DNA of 61,750 nt, counting the filler, from Basidioascus undulatus (Eukaryota), in assembly GCA_000826855.1 (NCBI GenBank). It is 6 parts of 6 records of this genome, joined end to end, with 100 filler letters (N's around TTAATTAATTAA, not from the genome) between each part and the next. Parts side by side here need not be neighbours in the genome. Positions count along the whole stretch, not along the records: positions 45,915 to 55,432 come from JTLS01001785.1; positions 55,533 to 61,750 come from JTLS01001786.1; 4 more parts are not named here. One strand, written 5' to 3'. Positions within the stretch are counted from its first letter, which is position 1. The number at the start of each line of letters is the position of its first letter. Of this stretch, positions 50,285-61,750 are shown in pieces. The position numbers and the translations under genes were made by a program. The notes below the pieces were generated by a model. That model was not told the DNA's origin, made no database searches, and was given only the letters and a program-made list of their open reading frames with translations.

Positions 50285-53200
50285 ATGGCGACACTCGCAC
50301 CGCCAGCGACAGACGCCGCTGCGGCGCTCGCGGACGCGCTGTCCAAGGTGCGCTCGCAGACGACGTCCAAGCTCGACAACCAGCGCCAGCCTGCGCTCCT
50401 CCTCGCCGCCATCGAGGCCACCCTCCGCGAGCAGGACCCCGCTGCCTCCGCCTCCGCATCGGCCCAGTCCACTATCGCACCCACAGCCTACTATGCCGCC
50501 CTCGTCTCCACCCTCGAGCAGGCCGTCCCTCTCGCCGCAGACGACCTCAAGGCCGGTCAGGCCTTGCCCGAAGGCCACATGCTCGCCTCCGCCCTCTACC
50601 TCCTCGCCATCGTCCTCCCCTTCGTCCCCGCTGCGATCCTCCGCGCGCAGGCAGCGTCCCTCGCCCAGCTCTTCGCGCCCCTTCTCCCCGCCCTCCAGCC
50701 CTCAGCCCCGCCCCTCCGCAGCCTCATCACTGCCCTCCAGGCCTTCTTCCTCGCCCTCGAGCCCGCACAGCTCAGCCAGCTCAGGCAGACCTTCGCCGCC
50801 CTCGTGGAGCTCACCATCGACCACCGCCCAAAGGTCCGCCGCCGCGCGCAGGAGGCTGTCCAGGCCGTCCTCGCCAGCCCGCCGCCCCCCAAACTCAGCC
50901 ACCCCTACTCGGACATGGTCGCAACCTGGGTCATCACGACCATCGAGGGCGTCGGCGGCAAGCGCAAGAAGGGCAAGAAGGAGGAGGGCGCCAGCGTCGA
51001 GGCTGGCATCTGGCTTTGTGCGTTCGTGTCGGGACTCGGTCCTGTCTGGCCGGCGTCGGTGAGTGTCCCTCTTCCCCTGATCGTGTCCCTTCGCCGATGC
51101 TCCGGGAAACTTGACATTCGTCTCCCGCAGGCGATCCCCGCTCTTGCTACAACCCTCCTTACCCTTCCCGCCCTCGCATCCCCCTTCCTCACTACCTCCT
51201 CGTACAACCTCCTCTCGTCCCTCCTCCGCCACACCTCCTCCCACGAGGCTTTCGAGCCCGGCAAGCTGCCCGCCCTGCTCTCCACCATCCTCTCCTCGCC
51301 GCCTCCCCCTTCAGACGCCGCCCTCCTTTCCCCGTGGCTCGGCATCGTGGACGCCGGCATCGGCGCGTACGCGCGGGAGGACCGCGAGGCAGCGGCAAAG
51401 GCGGTCGCCGACATTTGGCCCCAGGTGTGGGGCGCGCGCGGTCTGGCGAGCGAGCACACCGACGTGCGCAAGGCGGCCGAGAAGGCCCTGTGCGGCATGA
51501 TCCGCTACGGCATCTCGGACGCCATGATCCAAGTGTCCCTTCCGGTCCCACCTTCCAACATCCCCAACGACACCCCTCGCGTCGGCGACCTTCTCGAACT
51601 TCTGTTCTCCAGCCTTACCGCACTCTCCCACCGCGCCGCCGTCCCCTCCCTTCTTGTCGTCCTCACCGCCTTCATCTCCCGCCTCCGCCTTCATTCCGCC
51701 GTTCGCGGTCCCACGGCCGCCGAGCTCCTCGTGCGCAAGCATGTGCAGCTCATCGGGGAGCTCAGGCAAACCAAGAGCTTCGAGTACCGCGACAAGGCGG
51801 ATGAGGCGCTGGGCATGGCGGTCGAGGTGTGCGGGCCGGAGTGGGTGCTGCAAGTCTTGCCGCTGAATCTCGAGCAGCAACGGTGCGTGTCGTCCTTGGA
51901 GCTGCGTCGTGCAGATGGATACTCACACGTGATGCGCATATTCTCAGTGGCGGCAAGAATCAAGAAGGTCGCGCTTACCTCCTTCCCATCCTCCGAGCCC
52001 GCATTACCAACGCCTCTCTCTCCTACTTCACGTGCACCCTCGTCCCCCTCTCCTCCCGCCTTTTCGACCTCTCCATCGCCGCTGCGTCCTCCGACCGTCC
52101 GCTCGAGGCCAAGGTGTACGCGACTTTGACCGAGCAGATTTGGGCATGCTTCCCCGCCTTCTGCGATCTCCCGACCGACCTACGCGCGGCCCTCACGGAC
52201 GAGTTCGCGGGCGTTCTCGCCAACGTCCTGTACACACAGACGACCTTGCGCCCTCCTGTCCTGAGGGGTCTGCAGGCGCTCGTCGAGAAGAACGCTGCGC
52301 TGAAGCGCGCGTCGGCACCCGCGGAGGAGATGCGCGTCTCTTTCAACGGGCTCGACCAAGCCGAGGGTGCCCAAAACGTCGAGTTCCTCTCCAAGCTCAC
52401 GTCGAACCTTCTCTCCGTTCTCTTCAACGTCTTTGGGAGCGTCGGCCGTGAGGGTCGCGGCATGGTCGGCGATGTGATTGCGGAGTACCTTGGGATCGCC
52501 AACGAGAAGGTACGCTGCGCTGCGCCTCTGGTCCTGTTTTCGAAAGCGGTTGACAAACTCTCTCACTACACACAGGACATCAGCGCGACTTACAAGAAGG
52601 TCTCCAAGCTCCTGCTCGACGCCCTCCCCGCGCACAACGCTATTCTCTCGAAGAAGCACGGCCCGAATGCGAAGGCGCCGCAGGTCCCGACCTCTCCCGG
52701 TGGCGACCAGCCCGTCCCGCACACGACCCTCGATCTCCTCATTCTCCTCGTCCCCCATCTCTCCCCGAAGCATTCTGGCGCGCTGTGGGACCTCGCGTTG
52801 CGCGATGACATCCTCGGAAGCGCCGATCCCGCCGTCCAGAAGAAGGCGTACCGCGCCCTCGTCAAGCTCGTTGAGGCTGGCAAGGTGCTCGGCAAGGAGG
52901 GCCGCATCGAGGCCATCGTCGAGACGTTGAGCGAGGCCGACTCGGTCGCTGCTGGCGCGAAGAGGGTGAGTCTGCAGTCAAACTTAGGGGGCGACTATAT
53001 CCATCGCTCAGACGTCTCAACCACCATCTGCAGGACCGGCTCCAACTTCTCTCCGCTATCGTCCCGCACATCCCGGCCCAAGCTCTGCACCACATCCCGT
53101 CGCTCCTGCCCGAGGCCGTGCTGGGCACAAAGGAGGTCAACGAGAAGGCGCGCAACGCCGCTTTCGACCTCGTCGTCGCTCTTGGTCGCAAGATGCAAGC

Positions 53201-54908
53201 CGGCGGCATCGTTCGTCGCGCTGTCGTTTCCGAAGACGCCGAGATGGACGAGGACGACGACGGCAAAGCCGAGCAGACCGAGGAAGTCGAGGCGAGCGTC
53301 AACGAGTACTTCACCATGGTCTCGGCCGGTCTTGCCGGCAGCACGCCGCACTTTATCTCTGCCACTATCACCGCCCTTGCACGCTTGCTCTTCGAGTTCA
53401 AGGGTCAGCCTCCACGTTTCCCTTTTCGCAACCAAAGACTGACGAGCACTTTGGGTGGGATTCAGATATGCTCAGCGACGAGATGGTGGATAACCTCCTT
53501 TCGACGTTGCATCTCTTCGTGGCATCGACGAATCGCGAGATCGTTAAGTCCGCGCTCGGCTTCGTCAAGGTCGCGATCATCATCCTTCCGGTAGACGCGG
53601 TTCGGCCGCATCTCCCAACGATCGTCCCGAGCTTGCTCGGATGGAGCTCGGACCACAAGAACCACTTCAAGGCGAAGGTCCGGCACATCTTCGAGCGCCT
53701 CGTGCGCCGCTTCGGCTACGAGGATGTCGAGCGGGAGGTCCCGGAGTCCGACCGCAAGCTCCTGGTCAACATCCGGAAGCGGCGGGAGCGTGCGAAGAGG
53801 AAGAAGGAGGGCCAGGATGAAACGTTGGACGCCGCTGAGGAGGATGAGGAGGTACGTCTGTCATGGGACTGTCGATTGGCTTCGTTGTGGTTGATGATTC
53901 TCTGGAGACTCAGCCGTCGCAGCCTCGGACAACCGGTCGTGACGCGTTCGAGGACGCGCTGTACGGCAGCGAGAGTGAGCTCGACGACAGCGCGGACGAG
54001 GGCGGGGAGGACGCAGCTCCTGCCAAGGGGCGTCGTGGCCGCGAGATCAAGGGCGGTAAGGGCGTCCACTCCAAGACGGCCGCAACGTACATCCGCGAAG
54101 ACGAGGACGAGCTCGTCGATCTGCTGGACCGTACGGTTGTTGGGCATATTACCGGTTCGTCGGAGCGCTCTTTTCATCTTCAAATGACTGTTCCTGACTG
54201 TCTCCTCTTGGAGCAGCGTCGAATCCGGCCAACGACAAGCGACGCAAACCTGGCCAAGAAGCGTCGCGGTACAAGATGGACGAAGAGACAGGCAAGATGA
54301 TCATCGAGGACGAGGACAAGGCTCAGTCGGCGGCGGTCGCGGACGAGGACGACGAAGCGGACGTCAGCGGGCGGGCGTACGTCGAGGGTCTGACAGGTCG
54401 CGATGGCTTCACCCGTGGTCAGGGTGGTCGCGTCAAGTTCAACAAGGTACGCTCTCTCACGTTCGCGACACCTTGGCAATGTGCTCATGTCATGTATCTG
54501 CAGAACAACAAGCGTGGGCGCGCGATCGAGGCCGAGGCGGAGCTTGCCGAGCTCGCGGCCGATGCCGAGGAAGCGAAGAAGCGCAAGAAGACCAAGCGCG
54601 AGGCAATGCCTATCGGTGCCGAGTTCAAGGCCAAGGTAACCTTTGAATTCCGTCTGCTTCCTTCCCGGTCTCGAGGCTCATCGCCCACGTCGTTGCACAG
54701 CGCGCTGGGGGCGACGTGAAAAAGGGTGGCCAGCAGCCATACGCGTACATGTCCCTTGCTCAAGTATGTTTCTCCGTCCCCGGCCGACAGAACCGTGCGC
54801 TGACCGTCGCTGGGTGCTTTCTAGGGAAGCAAGAAGCAGGGTCGCGGTGGCTCGCAGCGGGTCGACATCACCGGCAAGAAGCGAAACAGCAGCGGAAAGG
54901 GCCGTTGA
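50285..54908 (+). CDS. RRP12: Ribosomal RNA processing protein Rrp12 (HEAT/NUC173), multi-exon
   Basis: ALSKVRSQTTSKLDNQRQPA.LL.AIE, DHRPKVRRRAQEAV, VLQVLPLNL, GRAYLLPILR, QIWACFPAFCDLP, VQKKAYR, EAVLGTKEVNEKAR, HFKAKVRHIFER, GAEFKAKRAGGDVKK. Confidence 0.95.
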
Positions 54909-55290
54909 TTGTACCGCTTTGCGCTTTTGTGGACTGTTGTGTTTCTTCATTATCAGTACTCTTTTCTTTAATCTTACCTTTTCCGCATGCATCACTGTTG
55001 GACGTCGTCTTGCTTGGCCAGCCACCAAACCGCGTGCACCTGCCCATGTACCTGAGAAGTGACTACAGTGCTATTGAATGCTCAACTCCTGATTTTTATA
55101 TTCTCTACAACGGGTGCACTGCCGTGTGTATAAGAGTCAGAAGAAAGGAAGGTGTTTGTTTGGCGGCGAACGCCCACTCCAGGGACCGCTTTGGTTATGT
55201 TGCGGCCTCGGGTTGCTTCGCGTTCTCGTCTCCACCTCACCTTCCATCTGCCCGCTTCATCCTCAATCCACTCTCTCAATCCTTTGCCGG

Positions 55291-55432
55291 AATGTCTGGC
55301 CTGCCCAACTTGACCCCGGAACAGCTCCTGGCAGTCCAGCGGCACCTGGCGCAGCAGGCTCAGCAGCAAGCCGCCGTGCAGGCTGCCGCCGCCGCCGCCG
55401 CGCAGCCTCGCCCCCCCCCTGCTCCCGCACCC
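55291..55432 (+). CDS. 5' start of a Gln/Ala/Pro-rich protein, truncated by the gap
   Basis: MSGLPNLTPEQLLAVQRHLAQQAQQQAAVQAAAAAAAQPRPPP runs into the Ns. Confidence 0.55.
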
Positions 55433-55532
55433 NNNNNNNNNNNNNNNNNNNNNNNNNNNNNNNNNNNNNNNNNNNNTTAATTAATTAANNNNNNNNNNNN
55501 NNNNNNNNNNNNNNNNNNNNNNNNNNNNNNNN
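55433..55532. other. Assembly linker/gap
   Basis: N44-TTAATTAATTAA-N44. Confidence 0.99.
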
Positions 55533-56471
55533 TCTGGAGTTCCGCCGCCAGAAGGTACGGCTGGTGGAAACGCATAATCAGGACGTTTAGCAGTGGCTGA
55601 CCTTCGCATAGGCATGGACGTGCATCCCGACGTCGCCGGGCCTGTGCGGGAGAAGCCTGCAGCGTCGACTAGCAAGAGCACTGGCGGAGAGAAGGACCGC
55701 CTGAGCGGATCGCCCGGAAAGGAGGAGGAGGACGAAGACTCGGGCGACGATGCGTCCAAGCCGTATATCTGTGACTGCGGAAAGCGATACGGGTACAAGA
55801 CGAGCATCGTACGTTCCCTGCTCGAGACACACCGACGGCGCTGTCTAAGCCTTCTGTTTCCTACAGTACAACCACAAGAATCGTGGAAGATGCCCGGGTG
55901 CCCCACTGCCGACCAGTGCGCTTTCACCCTCTCGTCACACCTGCTGCGAGCCGTGTAGCTGATGCGCTTTCCGCTGAAACAGAGCCTACTCCGCCGCCGA
56001 AGCTGCCTCTCTCCGTGCTGACAGGCGCCTCTGGGTCAATACCAGTGGGTTCCAGGCTCGCTTCCAGCGTCACAGGCACAGTACCGGTGCGTCAACCCGA
56101 GCCCGGTGCAGTCCGACTATACTGCCATTAAGACTGATGTGATACACTTGCACTCTTTCCAGGATTCGCCAACATCGTCCGCGTCCAAGGATGACACTCC
56201 TAAGCGGCGGAACGCGTTCATGGAGGACGACACCCCGCGGCCGTATGTCTGCTTGGTGCCCGGCTGCGGCAAGGCGTACAAGAGTCTGTTCCCTTCCTCC
56301 CTTCCGCATATCACCCTGCATAATACCTGACCCTGAAATGGTTTCCGCTCGATAGACACGAACGGTCTTGCGGCGCACTTCTCGTCGGTGAAGGAGACCG
56401 GGCACGGCGAGCTGGGGCGACGCTTGAGGGACGAGGCGAACGGGAAGGTTGCGCCGCGGTTGGGCGCTTGA
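55533..56471 (+). CDS. C2H2-type zinc-finger protein, 3' part
   Basis: KPYICDCGKRYGYKTSI and RPYVCLVPGCGKAYK..NGLAAHF, split by GT..AG introns. Ends at TGA 56469-71. Confidence 0.7.
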
Positions 56472-57330
56472 TTTGGAAGACCAGCTCGGAGCTCGGCAGG
56501 ATGGCTTTTGTTTTGTTATTTTGCGTTATGATCTTGATTTGCTGTCTTGCGTATGATGTCGATTTGTAATCCTGCGTTGATGGCTATGTGCCGCTCGCGG
56601 CTGCAGAGGCCGACATGCCTCCTTGCGACGTCTGGACGTTGTAGTAAGTCTTCAACAGGGCTGTGTCTACGTCAGTTTTGAACGGATTTTCTGTCCTTAA
56701 ACTCCTGTACTACAGACAAATGCGAAAAGCGTGCCCAAGCGCTTCTTTCTGAAAGATTCGGCACGCAGGCTGCCAGCCGCACCGCGCGGCCGCTTGAGCT
56801 GAGGGCCTTTGCAGATCGGTCTCTGTTGGTGTTCCATGAATGTTATGGATCATTCCTCAGTGTCTAAATAGTACGAAGATCAACGGTAGGAGGTCCTTCG
56901 TTAGGAGGTCCTTCGCTTCCCAACTTGAAATTGTCAAATTTTGATACGTGAACCACGACATTCTGTGGCCCAGCTGGCGCTGGAAATTTCAATATTCTTG
57001 AGGGAAAGGTCCGCAAGATACTTATATCTTTTTAGTCTTTCTGAAGATGAAATGAAGCTTTTATTGCGAGTGAGAGAACGAGTCCAGGTGAGCCGCCTTA
57101 TCGGAACGTCCGCTGTTGCGAACTTGCGTCAGCGCCGTGCGAGCCTCGCGGACTGACTTTGGCCGACCGCCTCGCGTCTCTTGCCTCTTGCCGCCATCGC
57201 GAGGCTCACCCAGGGCAGAGTTATCCATCTCGCATTATCCCCCGACTGCACCCTATCAAGCACCCCCAGTCTGCCCTAGTTCCCTCACTTGCACCAACAC
57301 TCTGTTTGCAGACCCCGGACGACAGGCACC

Positions 57331-59861
57331 ATGTCCACCTCCTCGACCGAGACCCTCGGTGGCCGTCTCTCGCCCTCGCGCCCGACCTCCCAGCTCGTCA
57401 TCCTCGTTTACGATACTGCTGACGGCACGAGGAAAGTCGAACAGATCGAGCTGCACCCGGACTCGAAGCCCGTTCCGCTCGGGCGCGCGAGCATCAAGGC
57501 GTCCGAGCTGGAGCGCGGGGTGCGCATCGTCAGCCAGGTCGTGTCCAAGGAGCACGGGATGTTCGAAGTGAGTGGTCTGCTTGAGGGCTTGAATCAGCGC
57601 GGCTCGGGGTGTCACTCAGGATCTTGCTCTCAAGGGGGCCTACGCATCATGCCGGGGATGCTCCGAGGGCGGTAGTGGCAGGACGAAGCACCTCTGCTGT
57701 CGACGCGTAACTGACTTTTACCCGGTATTTTCACAGAATCGCGACGGCACCGTAAGTCTTTCCCATACTGCTCTCTGCCTGGACTATGTTCTGAGATGCA
57801 GCACCCCAGGTCTACTTCACCGACATGTGCTCGACGCATGGCAGTCAGTCGACTTTCACACGCCTCGAGCGGGTCCCTAGGCTCGATGCTGACTGTTGCA
57901 TGCAGGCCGTCTCCGCAGGCGCCCGCACGACTACCCGGACGCAGCGTGGGAGGACATGCTTCCCGGCACGGCCTACCCGCTCTACCACGGCGACCAGCTC
58001 TTGCTCGCCAAGCCCGTCTCCAAAGGCAACTTCCTGTACCCTCCGGTGGAAGTATCGGTCCGCATCTTCGGCATGATCGACCCCGCGGTGTAAATCTTCT
58101 ATATTCCTCGCCAGAAGCTGAGTCCTTGTCTGACGCTCACTTTTTTCGCAGCTCGGCTGTCAAGCGCGACTCGCAGTCTGTCCCCGGAGGCTACGGCCTC
58201 GTCTGCACGGACGACGAGGTCAACTCGACGCACGCACAGGCGAACGAGGGCGACATCGACATGACTCAAGGCCGCGAACAGTCGCTGCAGCCCGACAGCA
58301 CGCTCCGCTGCGACAGCCCCGAGCTCGAGGCGGCTGCTCCATCGTTTGCCACGGCGGAGCAGATGGACGACGAGGAGGACGACGATGAGGACGACGAGGA
58401 GAGTGACGAGGAAGACGAGGAGGATGAGGACGAGGGCGTGTGCTTTGCCTGTGGTGCGCCCTTGGACGGTCAGGAGGAAGGAGAGGGGAGCGCGGATGAG
58501 GATGAGGATGAGGATGAGGAGATGGAGGATGGAGTGGAGCCGGAGAAGGTCGGTGTGAAGCCGGACGGGGACGCGGAACAGGTGTGTCTCTTCTTCATGT
58601 GCTTTCCCTTCTTTGCCATGCGCTGACCGAACTGATCGCAAGTCTCCTGTCCAGACTCCCGAAGAGCAGCCGCAGTCTCAGCCGTCTCCATCGCCGTCGG
58701 CCTCGGCGTCGCAGGAGCAGCCGCGGATGCCGGGCGAGCTGCCCGCCGCGTTCAAGGACCACCTCGCGGCGTTCGAACGCTCGCGCGACGCGCTCCATCA
58801 CGAGCTTCTTACGCAGTCCGAGCAGCAGGTCTCGACGCTCGAGGACCGCTTCAAGGAGCTCAAGTCGCGCCTCTCGCACCTCGAGTCCTCCCACAAGCGC
58901 GCCAAGCGCCGCGCGCGCGACGACAAGATCCAGCTCGACAACAAGATTGCTGCCACGACCGTCGTGCGTCTCCCTCGTCCTTCGCTCCCTCGTCTCTGCT
59001 ACCACATGTTGCTGATGCTGTTTGTTGGGGGCGATGCGCCGGAGCAGGACATCGGCGACCTCTTCGGGAAGATTGACCTCATCGACGGGCTCATCCACGA
59101 GGTCACGAGCGAGTTCGACGACATCGGCGCGCAAGCGGACGACATGGAGGACGCGATCGAGGAGGCGCTGCACGAGATCCGCGAGACGCGGACGGAGACG
59201 CTCGAGCAGATCAAGGAGCAGGCGGAGGCGATGAAGCAGGTGCACTCGGACTGAGCCTCCTCGAGTAGACTTCGGTAGACTGACGAACTTCTTTGAAATA
59301 GGTCTACTCGCAGCACGAGGCCAAGCTTGCGGTGGCTGTGCTCAAGAATGTCAAGATGGAGGAGGTGGCTACGAAGCAGGTGAGGGGGACTCGTCTGACA
59401 TCTCTGTGCCAGGTCAAGCTGATTCGACCGGCCTTGGACAGCTGGCGGGAACGAAGCGCTCGGCGGACGAGGCGGAGCTCGACGAACCCGCGGCTGACTC
59501 TCCCGCTCCGGAGAACGCGGTGCAGACGGCTTCCAGCGCGGCTGAGCTCTTCGCGGTCGCTACCGCGCCAGCCGAGCACGCTCCAATCGCCCAGCTGATC
59601 GCCCCCGCTCCCGCTCCCGCCGACGCCGGTCGTGCGCCCGCAGCTATTGAGACCGAGGACGCTGCCTCGCAGACGCAGGACCCTGCGCCCGCGCCCGTCC
59701 CCGCCGCTATCGTCCAGCCCGCCGAGCAGGCCGAGCGCGGTCCTCCGCTCGCCAAGCGCGCCCGCACCGGCGCGAGCAAGTTCGTGCCCTTCCTCCTCGG
59801 CGTCGCGGCCGGCACCGCCGCGACGTTCGCGGGTCTGCTCAAGTTTGCGGACGGCCTCTGA
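57331..59861 (+). CDS. FHA-domain, acidic, coiled-coil protein with C-terminal TM anchor
   Basis: FHA motifs VPLGRAS, VVSKEHG, VYFTDMCSTHG. Asp/Glu tract, heptad-rich coiled coil, and C-terminal FVPFLLGVAAGTAATFAGLL. Confidence 0.8.
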
Positions 59862-61117
59862 GCTGTCGCCCACCCAACCCGCTCTCTTCTCGCGCTTCTC
59901 TTTTGTTCTGTCTGTCTATGTTGAGTTCACCACGCACGCAAACCTGTCATCCCGCACATTCGCATGTTTGTACCGTCTCGTCTGGCCCCCCACGCACGTT
60001 CATGTACCCTTCCCTCGCATCCCGCCTCGCACACCCGCAACCGCAGTGTTTCTCCCGCTCTTCGTCCGTGCACCCTCCCCACATGTCTTCCGCCCCGTTT
60101 CGCGCTTTGTATGAGTACACTTTGGGCAAACTTATCGCATGAAAACCTTCTTGAGCCAGTCTCGTGTGATGCGTTGCTTGCCAGTTGAACATCCCATTTT
60201 TCATCTTGTAGAGACTAACAATATTGAGCGGGAAGCGGGCCCATGCGCTGAGAAGTATCCCGTTTGAGAACGATGCAGCTGTGAAGTGAAACATGATGCG
60301 TTCGTGCTGAGCTACCAGCGATAACCTCGTCGTTCCAGCGTACAGTCTGTATCAAGCCGCATCATTCCACTCGGCCTGGCAGACCGTTCAATCAACAAAG
60401 TCAAGCAGTCCCGAAGAGGCAGCGCAGCGCACAACACCCGAGGATCAATTCAGTACTTGAATGCATTTCAGGGCGCCAACTGCCGCGCGCGTTTCGATTG
60501 TACATGTGGGTTGAGCTTAGAGAAAAGAGGGGGGAGACGAACCACCCAACCGACATCAAAGGACGACCGAAGAAAGAACCGGGGAGCAAGATAACAGCGG
60601 AGACGGGAAGAAAAGCAAGTGAAGCAACCGTTGCGGGGCACTGGAGTTGCAGAAACAGCAATGAGCAAATACAAGAAGGCCAAGATGAGTTGGAAGCTGC
60701 GCTGCACGAAGTGGCAAGAAGAGCATGTGCAGAGGGAGAGGAAGGGAAGATGAATCGACGGTCGCGGCCGAGGGCTGGTGGGCTGGCTCGGAAGGAGGAA
60801 GAAGCAATTAACACAGGGGGAAGAAGATGTAAAGATTTTGAATGGCGAAGAGGGAAGCAAGAAGGGGATGAACAATGGAAGTTGGTGCGGATGAACAAGG
60901 GAGAAGCAGGAAAAACGCCTCCTCCGGAGAGATGAGGAGAGGGGAATGATGCGTTTTGCGGAGGACCGGAAGAACGAGGGATGCAGGTGCGGGTGCGAGG
61001 GCGGAGTGCGGCGGGACGAGATGGAGATAGGATGTGAGATTCGAGGAAGAAGGACGAGTGGGCGGAGGACGGGAAGGGGAGGAGGGGTAGAGGGGAGGGG
61101 AGGAATCGCATCGCGTC

Positions 61118-61750
61118 TTATTGCGCGTGTTGCCAGCCCTGCGGCTGCTGGGACGCGGACGGCTGGGATGTGGAGGGCGCTTGGTGGTGGTGGTGATGTT
61201 GGAGGTGGTAGTCCTGCGGTGTGGACGCGCCCCACTCTGACGCTCCGCGCTGCTGCTGCTGCTGCTGGTCCCCTCCTCCGCTTCGAGACCCTGACGTCCC
61301 TGGCCCGTTGGTCGTACCATCGCCGCTCGACCCCGCCGAGAGGGAGTGCTGCATGCTCTGCGGCGTCCCAGCGCGGAACGTGGACGACTCGGCCTTGACG
61401 TTCACGCCCGCGTCTCCGCCTGCGCCTCCCGACGCACCGCCAGCACCACCGCCGCCGCCGCCGCCTCCTGGGGAAGGGATGGGCCGGTCGGGCGGTGCGG
61501 GTGAGGGGAAGTACACGGCTGGTTGCGGGGGATCGGACGTCCGCGGGTGGTGCTGCGAGTAGTAGCCGGACGGCAAGGGCGCGCCGCCGTAAGATGGCGA
61601 GCGGGTGGGGACGGCCCCGCTGTAGCCGCCGGACGGTATTGACATGCTCGGGGGGCCATACGCGCTAGGTGGGGGGAGGTGGTAGCTGCTGGGGGGTTGG
61701 CCGTACGGTGAGGGGCCCGAAGGAGTTGGCGGTTGGGGTGTGCTTCCCGC
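61118..61750 (-). CDS. 3' end of a low-complexity Pro/Gly/Gln/His-rich protein (possibly a transcription factor)
   Basis: Open frame runs from the window edge to TAA at 61118, with poly-G, poly-Q and poly-H tracts and VNVKAE. Confidence 0.6.
   Translation of the reverse strand, partial: AGSTPQPPTPSGPSPYGQPPSSYHLPPPSAYGPPSMSIPSGGYSGAVPTRSPSYGGAPLPSGYYSQHHPRTSDPPQPAVYFPSPAPPDRPIPSPGGGGGGGGAGGASGGAGGDAGVNVKAESSTFRAGTPQSMQHSLSAGSSGDGTTNGPGTSGSRSGGGDQQQQQQRGASEWGASTPQDYHLQHHHHHQAPSTSQPSASQQPQGWQHAQ

Noticed and set aside
56888..56916. Short tandem duplication TAGGAGGTCCTTCG x2 (similar ones near 30022, 31212, 44732)
   Set aside because: These are two-copy slippage duplications without spacers, so not CRISPR-like, and there is no evidence of function.

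Overview
Eukaryotic, GC-rich, intron-dense fungal DNA, most likely a basidiomycete judging by the GTGCG...CTGAC...CAG introns and the gene families. It comes from a draft assembly: five 100-nt N44-TTAATTAATTAA-N44 linkers join six contigs, and at least two of the joins place unrelated genes side by side. Conserved genes: RFC1, two ABC1/UbiB atypical kinases, prefoldin 2, mitochondrial L31, the 3' end of a TIP20/RINT1-like gene, an HGG-type alpha/beta hydrolase, IMPDH, a GPI-type Ser/Thr-rich protein, an MscS/EF-hand channel, ARV1, GOT1, RRP12, a C2H2 protein and an FHA-coiled-coil-TM protein. The ORF track misses three ncRNA genes: U2 snRNA (window start), U6 snRNA (with an extra 3' CUUG hairpin) and an H/ACA snoRNA matching LSU rRNA at the yeast Psi2865 site. 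Between the core genes lie many decayed accessory genes (GNAT, F-box-like x3, BTB, Cys-rich secreted, small orphan), one intact 3-exon orphan membrane gene and a CpG-depleted repeat relic. I found no convincing new multi-gene system. The best leads are the ncRNA features, the orphan gene and the pseudogenisation pattern. All identifications are by eye from recalled motifs, and exon boundaries are approximate unless stated.
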